Source: Patescibacteria group bacterium (GTDB lineage Bacteria; Patescibacteriota; Microgenomatia; Levybacterales; UBA12049). Taken from it: a stretch of 58,718 nucleotides of DNA. How positions within the stretch are numbered: position 1 is the first letter of the stretch; each line of letters begins with the position of its first letter. The translations under genes were made by a program, and so were the position numbers. The stretch is taken from the NCBI GenBank assembly GCA_038063415.1, contig JBBTVD010000021.1, positions 1 through 58,718 on the forward strand. The letters run 5' to 3'. A model generated the notes under the pieces. That model ran no database searches. It saw nothing but the letters and a program-made list of their open reading frames with translations, and had not been told where the DNA came from. Below are positions 29,771-38,670 of this stretch, piece by piece.

Positions 29771-30988
29771 CTACTGTAACTTAGCAAGGATAGAGAGGTC
29801 AGTGAGGTCTACTACTCCGTCATCATTCATATCTGAGAGATTGTAGGTCAGGTCTTCTGTCTTATCCCAGTCGACAGCGAATAAGGATGCATCAATGAGA
29901 TCTATTTCTCCATCGCCATTGATATCTCCAAGCGTGTGTCTCTCTACCGTTACTGTCTGGCTTGCTGTTTGGTTGCTGCCATCACTCCCATAGATAGTGA
30001 AATTGTTCTCTCCCAGTGAAAGGTCTACGATGTTCTCCCAACTGGTACTGGTTGGATAGGTTGAGTTGGTGTCCTCTCCGTTCACAAAGATACTGGTTAT
30101 ACTCGTAAGTTTGGTTCCAGTCAGTGGATAGGTTGCATTGTAGGTTGGTAATACTGATGCGATAGTAAAGCCTAGGTCTGGAGTTGGGGTGGCTGTTGGG
30201 CCATCGACTATGGTGAAGGATGCATTTTGTACGCCAGTCAGTATTTCGGAGTTATCTGCATATGATTTGACCGATCCATTGGTAAACGTAACCGTTCCAG
30301 TGCCCTCTTCATTCGGAGTAATGACCATACTATACACGTTACAATTCTCTGCTGAGTCGCCAAAGATTGCTCCGGCAAAACTTGGATTACTGGTTGTTGG
30401 AGTGGTGGTGTAGTGGAGATTACAGGCGTTACTCGTTGGGTTAGAAATACTATTTACCGTCAGGTTCTCTGATACTGCTACCGTTGCTCTGGCTGCATTG
30501 AATTCCTCCCCTGCATTTACTGCTACGTTTACCGTGAATGGACTCCCTACTGTTTTATTACCACCTGATGGTGAAGCTTTGATAACAACTTCTGAAGCAG
30601 AGATGTTAAAATTATTAGTATTATACGCATTGTCATAATTATTGTCTTTCGCAGAGAAAATAAAGTAAGTATTTGGTGTAAAAGAGAAACTTACAGGATC
30701 GGTAAAAGCAACTTGGATAGATGTATCCGAAATAGTAGTACAAGAGCTTCCTGTCAATCCGTTCCCTAATGTCCCTCCGGCTAATACAGTAGCTGGATCA
30801 GAAGTAGCATAAAGCTGTGTATACCAAAAACCGCTACAACCAGTCCATCCAGAACCGATATTGTCTATCTGTACGGTATTATCATTAACTTGAGTAACGG
30901 TACCTGACACTGGCCAGTCTGCTGAAGCCGAAGAGGCTGAGAAAAGAAAAATTGGCAAAAGCAGAAATGATAATAAAACTTTCTTCAT
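29771..30988 (-). CDS. Secreted protein: unknown N-domain, cohesin-like, Ig, dockerin
   Basis: Signal peptide (ASA-D); C-terminal ~270 aa clearly paralogous to the 23776 ORF; dockerin GDINGDGEIDLID / SDMNDDGVVDLTD. Confidence 0.78.
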   Translation of the reverse strand: MKKVLLSFLLLPIFLFSASSASADWPVSGTVTQVNDNTVQIDNIGSGWTGCSGFWYTQLYATSDPATVLAGGTLGNGLTGSSCTTISDTSIQVAFTDPVSFSFTPNTYFIFSAKDNNYDNAYNTNNFNISASEVVIKASPSGGNKTVGSPFTVNVAVNAGEEFNAARATVAVSENLTVNSISNPTSNACNLHYTTTPTTSNPSFAGAIFGDSAENCNVYSMVITPNEEGTGTVTFTNGSVKSYADNSEILTGVQNASFTIVDGPTATPTPDLGFTIASVLPTYNATYPLTGTKLTSITSIFVNGEDTNSTYPTSTSWENIVDLSLGENNFTIYGSDGSNQTASQTVTVERHTLGDINGDGEIDLIDASLFAVDWDKTEDLTYNLSDMNDDGVVDLTDLSILAKLQ

Positions 30989-31103
30989 TAAGATCTATTA
31001 AATCATAAAAGGATAACTCTGTGTCAACTAGGATTAAATAGATCAGTTTGCACGATTAATTTTATACTTGCGATTTATCCCTTAGCAAGGGTATTATAGC
31101 TAT

Positions 31104-32870
31104 ATGATTGATCCATACAGAATGATCATTGTAAATAGCATCGTTTTACTAGCTCTTTGCCTAGGGGTTTTATTCTATAGATATATATACCCAAAACGAA
31201 AGGTTAACCTATTTGTATTATTACTTCTCATTTCAATGCTTCCCCTAATAAGCATTCTAAGAAGCGGCGCTTATGAAAGTGGAGATTTTACTATTCATAT
31301 TTATAGAATTATGTCTTTCTATGACTCTTTAAAGGAAGGGATTTTTATGCCCTCATGGGCTGCGGAACTTAATGCCAGTTATGGAAATCCACTTTTTATT
31401 TTTAATTATTCATTTTCATATTACCTCATTTCTTTATTTCATTTCATAGGATTAAGCTTTATAGCAAGCACAAAATTATATCTTGGACTTAATCTGTTCC
31501 TTTCCGGTATCTTTATGTACATCCTTGTAAGGGAGTTAACGGGGAATAAACTTGCGGCATTCACTTCAAGTATTTTTTATCTATTCAATCCTTATCATCT
31601 GGTTGATATTCACTTTCGAGCTACACTAGGAGAATCGACAATTTTCACCATTGCACCATTAGTACTTTATTTTTTAACAAAATATTTCAAAAAGAAACAG
31701 CTTATATTTTTAACTTTAAGTAGTTTATTTACTTTCTTATTATTTTTGGCACATCCTCTTCTTGCACTTATATTTGTAAGTATTACTTCCTTATATGTAC
31801 TCTTTTGGGGTTATGTTAATAAAAATTTTAGGTTATCAATATTAGCAATAATTTCATTAGTTGTTGGCTCAATTAGTGCATTCTACACAGTTATTTCTTT
31901 TCCACTTTATGCACCTTATACTTTCCCACATCCAGCAGGTACGCAGGGCATCTCATCTGAAATATTTTACAACTTTAACTATTTATTTTATTCCCCTTGG
32001 AGATATGGATTTTTGTTCCAAGGTCATCAAGGAGAACTTGCTTTAATTATTGGATATACACAGCTTTGTATTATGCTTGGCGCAGTGTTTCTTTTATTCA
32101 AAAAAATTGGCCCTTCACAAAATAGGCTTCAGCTATTATTTTGGATTCTTCTCTTTTTCTTTTTTTTACTGCTTATGCATCCCGCTTCACAAATTTTTTG
32201 GAAATTCTTTCCTAGCTTGTGGATGCTTCTTCCTTTTGGTCGTCTCTCATTAGCTCTTGCTCTTTGCACATCGCTTATAGCAGGCTATTTTACGCTTTTA
32301 TTTTCTACCTCGAAAACAAAAAAAAGAATCATATATATACTAATACTCATGACAATAATATCTACTATTTTGAATTGGGGACATCGAAAAGTTATACCAG
32401 AAATTAATGATACATATCTTCGACAAGGTGTATGGAAAAGCACATTGACAGAAGGAACTACAGCTTATTTTCTTAACAATAAATGGGCAGATATTAATCA
32501 TTTTTGGTTCTCTGAACTACCCAAAAACCATCTTGAGATACTCAAAGGAGAAGCGACTATTAAGGAACTTAAAAGAACTTCAACAAAACATCTCTATATC
32601 ATAGATGCAGAAACGCCCCTAACTATTAGAGAAAACACTCTCTATTTCCCGGGGTGGTTCTTAAAAAGTAATGATAAACTAATTACTATTTATCCAGGGG
32701 AAAGAGGTGTAATAAATGCAAAACTTCCGCAAGGTTTACAATACATAGAAGTTGCCTATGATGATATCCTAGAATATAAGATATCTAAAATAATAAGTGT
32801 TACAATTTTTCTTAGTCTAGTAACACTTCTCACATTCCAATTCATTCGTTTAAAAATAAAAAGAGAATAA
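31104..32870 (+). CDS. PTPS-related/YfhO-like GT-C membrane protein
   Basis: 'D...HI.R...F..SL.EG...P.W...LN..YG.PLF.F.Y', 'PYHLVDI..R..LGE', 'YFPGW'. Confidence 0.8.
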   Translation: MIDPYRMIIVNSIVLLALCLGVLFYRYIYPKRKVNLFVLLLLISMLPLISILRSGAYESGDFTIHIYRIMSFYDSLKEGIFMPSWAAELNASYGNPLFIFNYSFSYYLISLFHFIGLSFIASTKLYLGLNLFLSGIFMYILVRELTGNKLAAFTSSIFYLFNPYHLVDIHFRATLGESTIFTIAPLVLYFLTKYFKKKQLIFLTLSSLFTFLLFLAHPLLALIFVSITSLYVLFWGYVNKNFRLSILAIISLVVGSISAFYTVISFPLYAPYTFPHPAGTQGISSEIFYNFNYLFYSPWRYGFLFQGHQGELALIIGYTQLCIMLGAVFLLFKKIGPSQNRLQLLFWILLFFFFLLLMHPASQIFWKFFPSLWMLLPFGRLSLALALCTSLIAGYFTLLFSTSKTKKRIIYILILMTIISTILNWGHRKVIPEINDTYLRQGVWKSTLTEGTTAYFLNNKWADINHFWFSELPKNHLEILKGEATIKELKRTSTKHLYIIDAETPLTIRENTLYFPGWFLKSNDKLITIYPGERGVINAKLPQGLQYIEVAYDDILEYKISKIISVTIFLSLVTLLTFQFIRLKIKRE

Positions 32871-32878
32871 TTAATTTA

Positions 32879-33760
32879 TTAGCTTTTTTTTCGTCCTATC
32901 CAAAACATCTCTCCAGGCAAACGTAAATACCATATAGATTTTACTGCAAATGCAATCTTAATGAAGGGTAACATGTATTTTTTAAATTTATATCTATTGA
33001 GAGAATTTGCCATTTGTTCAAATGTTGCAGCAATAGGATAACGTCTTGTTAAGACATGTTCAAATCCAGTTAATTCCGCAAGATGATTAAGGCTCTTATG
33101 TGTAAAGTATTGAATATGTTGTCCCTGCCAATACCACCAACGACGCTGTAATATTCGACTCATTAACCCATCAACGTCACCAGTCCAAATTACTAAAAAA
33201 CCGCCTGGCTTAAGAAGTTCATTTAGATATAACATCTCTTTTTTGGGATCTTGAAAGTGTTCTATAACACCCCATAAGGTAATGACATCATATTTTTGAG
33301 GATATTCTTTTGAGAGAGATTTCAAGGTCTTTCTATGTATTTTTATATGCTGTTTACGAGCGAGACTTGAAGACCAATGAGATAACTCTAATCCTTCTAT
33401 CGCATAGCCATACTTTTTTGCAATTTTTAAAAAGTCTCCCGTTGCGCATCCAACATCTAATAACTTACCATAAGATATATACTTTCTAATAGTTTTCAGA
33501 ACTGTTTCTGCTGAAAGCTCTCGAGTTTTCCAATGTCGTAAGTATTCCTCATCAACTACATCTTCATAAAATTTGTATATATCCTTGGGTAGTGGTGAAC
33601 AAAAAACATGTGTGCAATTATTACAGCGAACAATACGAAATGTTTTTTGAGACTGCGGAGAAAATTCATATGTGAAACTTAGACTCTTTGAGTCAATATT
33701 TTCAGGGTACCATTCACTAGTATCCTTTGATTTACAAATAACACATTTATCAATTTTCAT
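32879..33760 (-). CDS. Class I SAM methyltransferase with N-terminal Zn-ribbon
   Basis: CVIC...CNNC, LLDVGCATG, DVITLWGVIEH..DP, LLKPGG. Confidence 0.88.
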   Translation of the reverse strand: MKIDKCVICKSKDTSEWYPENIDSKSLSFTYEFSPQSQKTFRIVRCNNCTHVFCSPLPKDIYKFYEDVVDEEYLRHWKTRELSAETVLKTIRKYISYGKLLDVGCATGDFLKIAKKYGYAIEGLELSHWSSSLARKQHIKIHRKTLKSLSKEYPQKYDVITLWGVIEHFQDPKKEMLYLNELLKPGGFLVIWTGDVDGLMSRILQRRWWYWQGQHIQYFTHKSLNHLAELTGFEHVLTRRYPIAATFEQMANSLNRYKFKKYMLPFIKIAFAVKSIWYLRLPGEMFWIGRKKS

Positions 33761-33834
33761 CTAAATGGGCAATCAACAGATTTATCTTGTTAAATAGTAA
33801 CATTTTTGTTTAAGCTAAATCTATCAAGAAACTT

Positions 33835-34656
33835 CTATTTCTTTTTAAGAGGTTTTTTCGCAATAATAAGTAAATTTGTCCCCTCTTTTTCTTCCTCATC
33901 AACATATTTTAGAAATCTTTTTGTCAATATATCTTCAACAAACTTTGGACGAAAAACAACCCGCTTACCAATAAATGGACGAGAAAGTTGCGAAGGCCAA
34001 GCAAAAATAATAAATTTATCAAATAGCTTTGTGACTTGAGAAGAAATTATTTCTCTATATGTTTCGATAACAAAACCGGCTTTTTCAATTTTACCCCGCC
34101 ATACTTTTTTGGGTAGCAACGTATGACGATGAAATAATGCGTTATACTGCTTGGTTAGCATATCACTGAGAAAACCTAATCCATTCTTTTTTAATAAAGG
34201 ACGGTAAAAGGTAGCTCCATCAACTTCATCCGTTTCAAGGGTCAAAAAAAGCGTCCCTCCTGGCTTGAGAACACGATATAATTCCTTTAGGACCTTATCA
34301 GAATTTTCGATATGCTCAAGCGTACTAATTGAAAAAACAGATCCGTAGGTATTATCAGCAAAAGGCAATTCCCGAGCATCTGCAAGAGTTAAGTTTTTAT
34401 ATTTTCCTGTTTTTGAAGCAATATAAAGATCTCTTGCATAATTATCAATTCCCATATCGATTGGCTCCTCAGCAAAAGCAAGAGCAAATTCTCCAAATCC
34501 ACAACCAATATCTAATACGGGTTTTTCGAGCTTTATACGGCTTAAATGCTTGGCCTCAACGGCTCTCCAGAGAGCCAAACTAAGCGGACCAATGCGAAGA
34601 TATCTTCTAAAATATTTTTCGGCAGAGGGATGATTTTCTTTCTTTCTTTTCTGCAT
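33835..34656 (-). CDS. Class I SAM-dependent methyltransferase
   Basis: VLDIGCGFG, ADARELPF, STLEHI, RVLKPGG. Confidence 0.88.
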   Translation of the reverse strand: MQKRKKENHPSAEKYFRRYLRIGPLSLALWRAVEAKHLSRIKLEKPVLDIGCGFGEFALAFAEEPIDMGIDNYARDLYIASKTGKYKNLTLADARELPFADNTYGSVFSISTLEHIENSDKVLKELYRVLKPGGTLFLTLETDEVDGATFYRPLLKKNGLGFLSDMLTKQYNALFHRHTLLPKKVWRGKIEKAGFVIETYREIISSQVTKLFDKFIIFAWPSQLSRPFIGKRVVFRPKFVEDILTKRFLKYVDEEEKEGTNLLIIAKKPLKKK

Positions 34657-34676
34657 AATAATATTACTATACTATA

Positions 34677-35396
34677 TCATTGTCTCTCAAATCTCAAGAG
34701 CAAAAGCGTACGAATCGCCTCTTTCACTTCTTGCATATTCATATTTGAATTTCCGATGACTTGCTGCTTGAAATCAAATGGTATTTCTGCAATCGTGAAG
34801 CCTTTTTTATACACACGATAGACTATCTCTGACAAAAGAACAAATCCTTTTGCTTGTAGTTTTTGACTCACTAGATACGCAACAACTGGCCTAGTATAGC
34901 AGCGATAACCATTGGAATAATCGGTAATGGGCACTTGCAGGATAGTCTTAGCACCAAAGTTCATTAATTTACTCATCAGCCTTCTTTTTAAAGTCAAACC
35001 AGCAATGGTCGATTGTGGTAAATATTTTGAAACAATGACCATGTCTGCATCGGTACACTTCGCAATCATTTTTGGGATGTATTTGGGAGGATGGCAGAGA
35101 TCTGCATCCATTTCAATAAAATACTGTATATCTTTATTTTTTAATGCTTCTTTAAACCCGACAATAACAGCAGACCCTCGACCCCCCTTACCCTTTCGTA
35201 TAAGAACTGTCACTTTTTTATCTTTTGCAAAATGTTGTTTTACCAACATACCTGTACCATCCGGAGAATTATCATCAACAACGAATACCAGTGCATGAGG
35301 GGCATCTTGTTTAATACTTTTTACTAATGCAATGATCGATCCCCGAGCATTATAGGTAGGAATAATAATGGCAATCTCCAATAAAGAAGCTTTCAT
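34677..35396 (-). CDS. Polyprenol-phosphate sugar synthase (DPM1/Ppm1-like GT2)
   Basis: IIIPTYN, VDDNSPDGT, MDADLCHPP, D.SNGYRCY, EIPF.F; start moved to MKASLL (35396). Confidence 0.85.
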   Translation of the reverse strand: MKASLLEIAIIIPTYNARGSIIALVKSIKQDAPHALVFVVDDNSPDGTGMLVKQHFAKDKKVTVLIRKGKGGRGSAVIVGFKEALKNKDIQYFIEMDADLCHPPKYIPKMIAKCTDADMVIVSKYLPQSTIAGLTLKRRLMSKLMNFGAKTILQVPITDYSNGYRCYTRPVVAYLVSQKLQAKGFVLLSEIVYRVYKKGFTIAEIPFDFKQQVIGNSNMNMQEVKEAIRTLLLLRFERQ

Positions 35397-35465
35397 AGAG
35401 TTATTAGTTATTATACAATGATCATGACTAAAATACAGGAGAAGATATGATGAGAGACTGAGCAT

Positions 35466-36488
35466 CTATGAGTGCGTCTTCCAGAGGTTCAGATATAATT
35501 CCGCCATGTTCTCCCATGTTTGTTTTCCTACCCAAGTAAATGATTTACTAATAAGTTTCTTTTCTTTTTCTGGATGTTTCAGGTAATAAAGTACTTTTTC
35601 TGCAAGTTCCTGCGCGTTTTTGGCAATTACTATGGTATCCGCAAATGGAGCTAACCGTAGATAATCTTCCTTCACTGGATTATCATAAAGTGCAAATACG
35701 AGTCTTTTGGCAGCAAATGCTTCAAGAATTGATAAATACCGTGATACAAAGGCAAAATGATAAGGAGCGAAATACCTTTCAGGATCCTTTTTGAAACCCA
35801 ACACGTTTGTTTTTTTCTCCACCAGCTTTCTTTCTTTTCCATCTCCAACAACGAGCATGGTGAATCCAGGAATTTGTTTTTTTACCAAATTAAAGGCGTT
35901 AAGATATTCTCGTATACCAGTTTGTTCATCTAATCTACCAATAAAGACTGCTGAAGACGATTTTACCTTTGCTATTTGCCTTTTATTATTTGCCAAGTTA
36001 ACCGCCCCATAACTAACAAACGTTGGCTTTGTCCCGTACCACTTAGTAATAAAATCACCAATGCAAATATTTCCCCAGGAAAGTTTTTCTGAAAGTTTGC
36101 GGATAAGGATCGCTTTTTTCTTGATAGGATAGCTCTCGTATCCATGAAACGTCGTATAGACCGGCTTCTCTGGATAGAGGAAGCGAAATGGAAGGTACCA
36201 AAAGAAAACATCATGACAGTGAACAAGATCAGCTTTTTGGATAAGCTCTCTTTTTTTCAGAAGATAACTCCACAGATAAAATTTTTTGGATCGCCCTTCT
36301 TTTCTTACAGGGATTCTATAGACCTGTATCCCACTGATGGTTTCTTGTTGTTTTGCTCCGGAGAAAGACTCAGTAATAACACTGACTTGATGGCCTCTCT
36401 GAAGGAGTTGTTTACTCAGTTCCAAGACATGTTTTTCTACGCCACCAATCTGAGGATAAAAACGCCTGCAGAAAAAAAGGATACTCAT
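35466..36488 (-). CDS. GT4 glycosyltransferase
   Basis: FYPQIGGVE, VHCHD, FIGRL, ILEA motifs. Confidence 0.85.
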   Translation of the reverse strand: MSILFFCRRFYPQIGGVEKHVLELSKQLLQRGHQVSVITESFSGAKQQETISGIQVYRIPVRKEGRSKKFYLWSYLLKKRELIQKADLVHCHDVFFWYLPFRFLYPEKPVYTTFHGYESYPIKKKAILIRKLSEKLSWGNICIGDFITKWYGTKPTFVSYGAVNLANNKRQIAKVKSSSAVFIGRLDEQTGIREYLNAFNLVKKQIPGFTMLVVGDGKERKLVEKKTNVLGFKKDPERYFAPYHFAFVSRYLSILEAFAAKRLVFALYDNPVKEDYLRLAPFADTIVIAKNAQELAEKVLYYLKHPEKEKKLISKSFTWVGKQTWENMAELYLNLWKTHS

Positions 36489-37729
36489 ATTTCAAGATAA
36501 TTAGTCAAATGAGTTCTTACTTGTGAAATAAACTGTCTAACTTGATGCACATTTATTCTTTGTATCTTCCTTCTCTTTGAATTTACTTCCTTCTCTTTTA
36601 TTAATTTCTCATAAAGTTTCTCTAAATATAAGGCAGTCTTCTCGATTGAAAATTTTTCAACGGATAACCGTGCTTCTTGAGAGAAAGCCTGGTGTACTGG
36701 CCTATTGTTAATAACAGTAAGTGCTCTTTCTGCAAATTCTTTCGAGTCACTTACAAGATATCCATTCTTGCCACTGGTAATAACCCCTTCAAAAACATCA
36801 TCTTTTACTGCTACAACTGGCACTCCTGAAGCAAGTGCTTCAAGAATCACCAATCCTTGTGTTTCTGATTGGGAAGCAAAGACAAAAAGATCAGCATCTG
36901 CATACACCTTAGGTATGTTCTTATGAGCTATTACCCCACAGAAGTAAACACTTTTCTCTATTTTTAGATCTTTTGCCAAATTTTTAAGATTCTCTTTTTC
37001 ATGTCCGTCCCCAATTAATACAAGCACTGTATCTGGAGACTCTTTGTGAATCAAGCTAAAAGATTTAATAACAAAATCTACTGATTTTTCTTTTCCTAAT
37101 CGAGCAATACATAAGAGTATTTTTTTATTTTGTGCTAACTTAAGTTTCCTTCTCAGAAATCCTTTTTCGATATTCTGATAATTATTCGTATCTATCCCAC
37201 TTGGCAAAATATGAATTGGTCTTTTTATGCCATAAGACACCAGTTCTGTTTTTACTCTTTTTGTTGGAGCAATAATATAGTCAAGAAGATTTCCAACCAA
37301 CTTTGTTAGGAAATCAACCATTTTGGGATTTATAACTTTTCCATATAGCACATAATGGGTATAACGGTTCAAAAAAGTATGATATGTTACTACATAAGGG
37401 ATATTTTTAAATCGGGCTGTTTCTAGACCTAAGAAAGTAATTCCTCCACCTGATGGATGACCATGAATAATATCAAAATCAATTCCAACAATCTGTAAAA
37501 GAGCTTTCTCAGGCAATTGCAATGCCATACGAAACCCTGTTGATTTAGGTAGTTTAACTGATAGCAGACGATATACACGTTCTCTTTTTTCTTTATATCT
37601 TGGATATTTTGGCGCAATGATATACACTTCGTGACCACGGGCTTCAAGAGCTTGAGCACATGTCTCAACAGATATGGTAACTCCATTAATATGAGGCAGG
37701 TATGTGTCGGTAAAAAATCCAATTTTCAT
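36485..37729 (-). CDS. GT4 glycosyltransferase (diacylglycerol glucosyltransferase-like)
   Basis: MKIGFFTDTYLP.INGV..S, TYHT, RL..EK, SETQGLVILEALASGVPVVA. Confidence 0.88.
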   Translation of the reverse strand: MKIGFFTDTYLPHINGVTISVETCAQALEARGHEVYIIAPKYPRYKEKRERVYRLLSVKLPKSTGFRMALQLPEKALLQIVGIDFDIIHGHPSGGGITFLGLETARFKNIPYVVTYHTFLNRYTHYVLYGKVINPKMVDFLTKLVGNLLDYIIAPTKRVKTELVSYGIKRPIHILPSGIDTNNYQNIEKGFLRRKLKLAQNKKILLCIARLGKEKSVDFVIKSFSLIHKESPDTVLVLIGDGHEKENLKNLAKDLKIEKSVYFCGVIAHKNIPKVYADADLFVFASQSETQGLVILEALASGVPVVAVKDDVFEGVITSGKNGYLVSDSKEFAERALTVINNRPVHQAFSQEARLSVEKFSIEKTALYLEKLYEKLIKEKEVNSKRRKIQRINVHQVRQFISQVRTHLTNYLEI

Positions 37730-37847
37730 ATTTTTTGAGATATCTTTAGCATTATAAAAATATACTATATTATAGCATGCGGATGATTTGAAAGAATGGA
37801 GAGTAATAGGAGCCGTGGTAAGTATGGTATAATTTTAGAATGTTCAT

Positions 37848-38594
37848 ATGAAAAATGCTTCTTCGCCACAGAAAACCATGGCTGGTTTACCTTTTATTTC
37901 TGTTGTTATCGCTGCATATAATGAAGAGAAATATCTCCCTTATTGTTTAGAAGCTTTACAACAGCAAACATACCCTCGAACAAATTTTGAAATTATTGTT
38001 GTGGATAATAACTCAACGGATAAGACTGCTGCTATTGCTAAGGCTGCAGGAGCAAAAATTATCACCGAAAAGCGTCAAGGGAATATTTTTGCTGTTACTA
38101 CTGGTATGACAAAAGCAGAAGGAGAGATCATTGCGACAACGGATGCTGATACCATCCCACATGCCAATTGGTTGCAGAAGATTGCTGAGACACTACAGCC
38201 GAAAGAGATTATTGGATTAACGGGAGCGATTACTCTCGAGATCAAAAATCCTCTCAAAAGAGTTATTGCTGAAAAAATATATGATCTTTTTCAGCAAGTT
38301 CACTTTTTTATAGGAAAACCTAATTTTTCAGGTTTTAATCTTGCAGTCAAAAGAAAATCCTTTCATAAGGTTGGAGGAATCGATATGGACTACAAGATGA
38401 GCTGTGATGTTGATCTCGGGTTACGACTTGGGGAAACAGGAAAGGTAGTTTATGCCAAAGACGTCATCGCCACTACTTCGCTGCGTCGCTGGGAAAAAGG
38501 ATTTTTCAAAACATTTGGAGAATATGCGAGTTCATATGTATACGTTACCTGGTTGCGGAAACCATCTCCTGTGAGCCAGTCTATTGTACGCTGA
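37848..38594 (+). CDS. GT2 glycosyltransferase
   Basis: ISVVIAAYNEE, VDNNSTD, TDAD, G.NLAV, TS.RR. Confidence 0.88.
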   Translation: MKNASSPQKTMAGLPFISVVIAAYNEEKYLPYCLEALQQQTYPRTNFEIIVVDNNSTDKTAAIAKAAGAKIITEKRQGNIFAVTTGMTKAEGEIIATTDADTIPHANWLQKIAETLQPKEIIGLTGAITLEIKNPLKRVIAEKIYDLFQQVHFFIGKPNFSGFNLAVKRKSFHKVGGIDMDYKMSCDVDLGLRLGETGKVVYAKDVIATTSLRRWEKGFFKTFGEYASSYVYVTWLRKPSPVSQSIVR

Positions 38595-38670
38595 ATTTGA
38601 TGGATCAAGAGAAGAAATTGAAAAAGCTTTTGCTACAAAAAAATAGCCTGATTGAATAAGCTATTTATAT

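Noticed and set aside
23776-30585. Diversity-generating retroelement TR/VR pair
   Set aside because: The repeats are ~800-bp coding paralogs whose differences are not adenine-specific, and no reverse transcriptase is in the window.
22827-30988. Classical cellulosome for plant-polysaccharide degradation
   Set aside because: No multi-cohesin scaffoldin, CBM3 or dockerin-bearing glycoside hydrolase is present; the GH81 has no dockerin.
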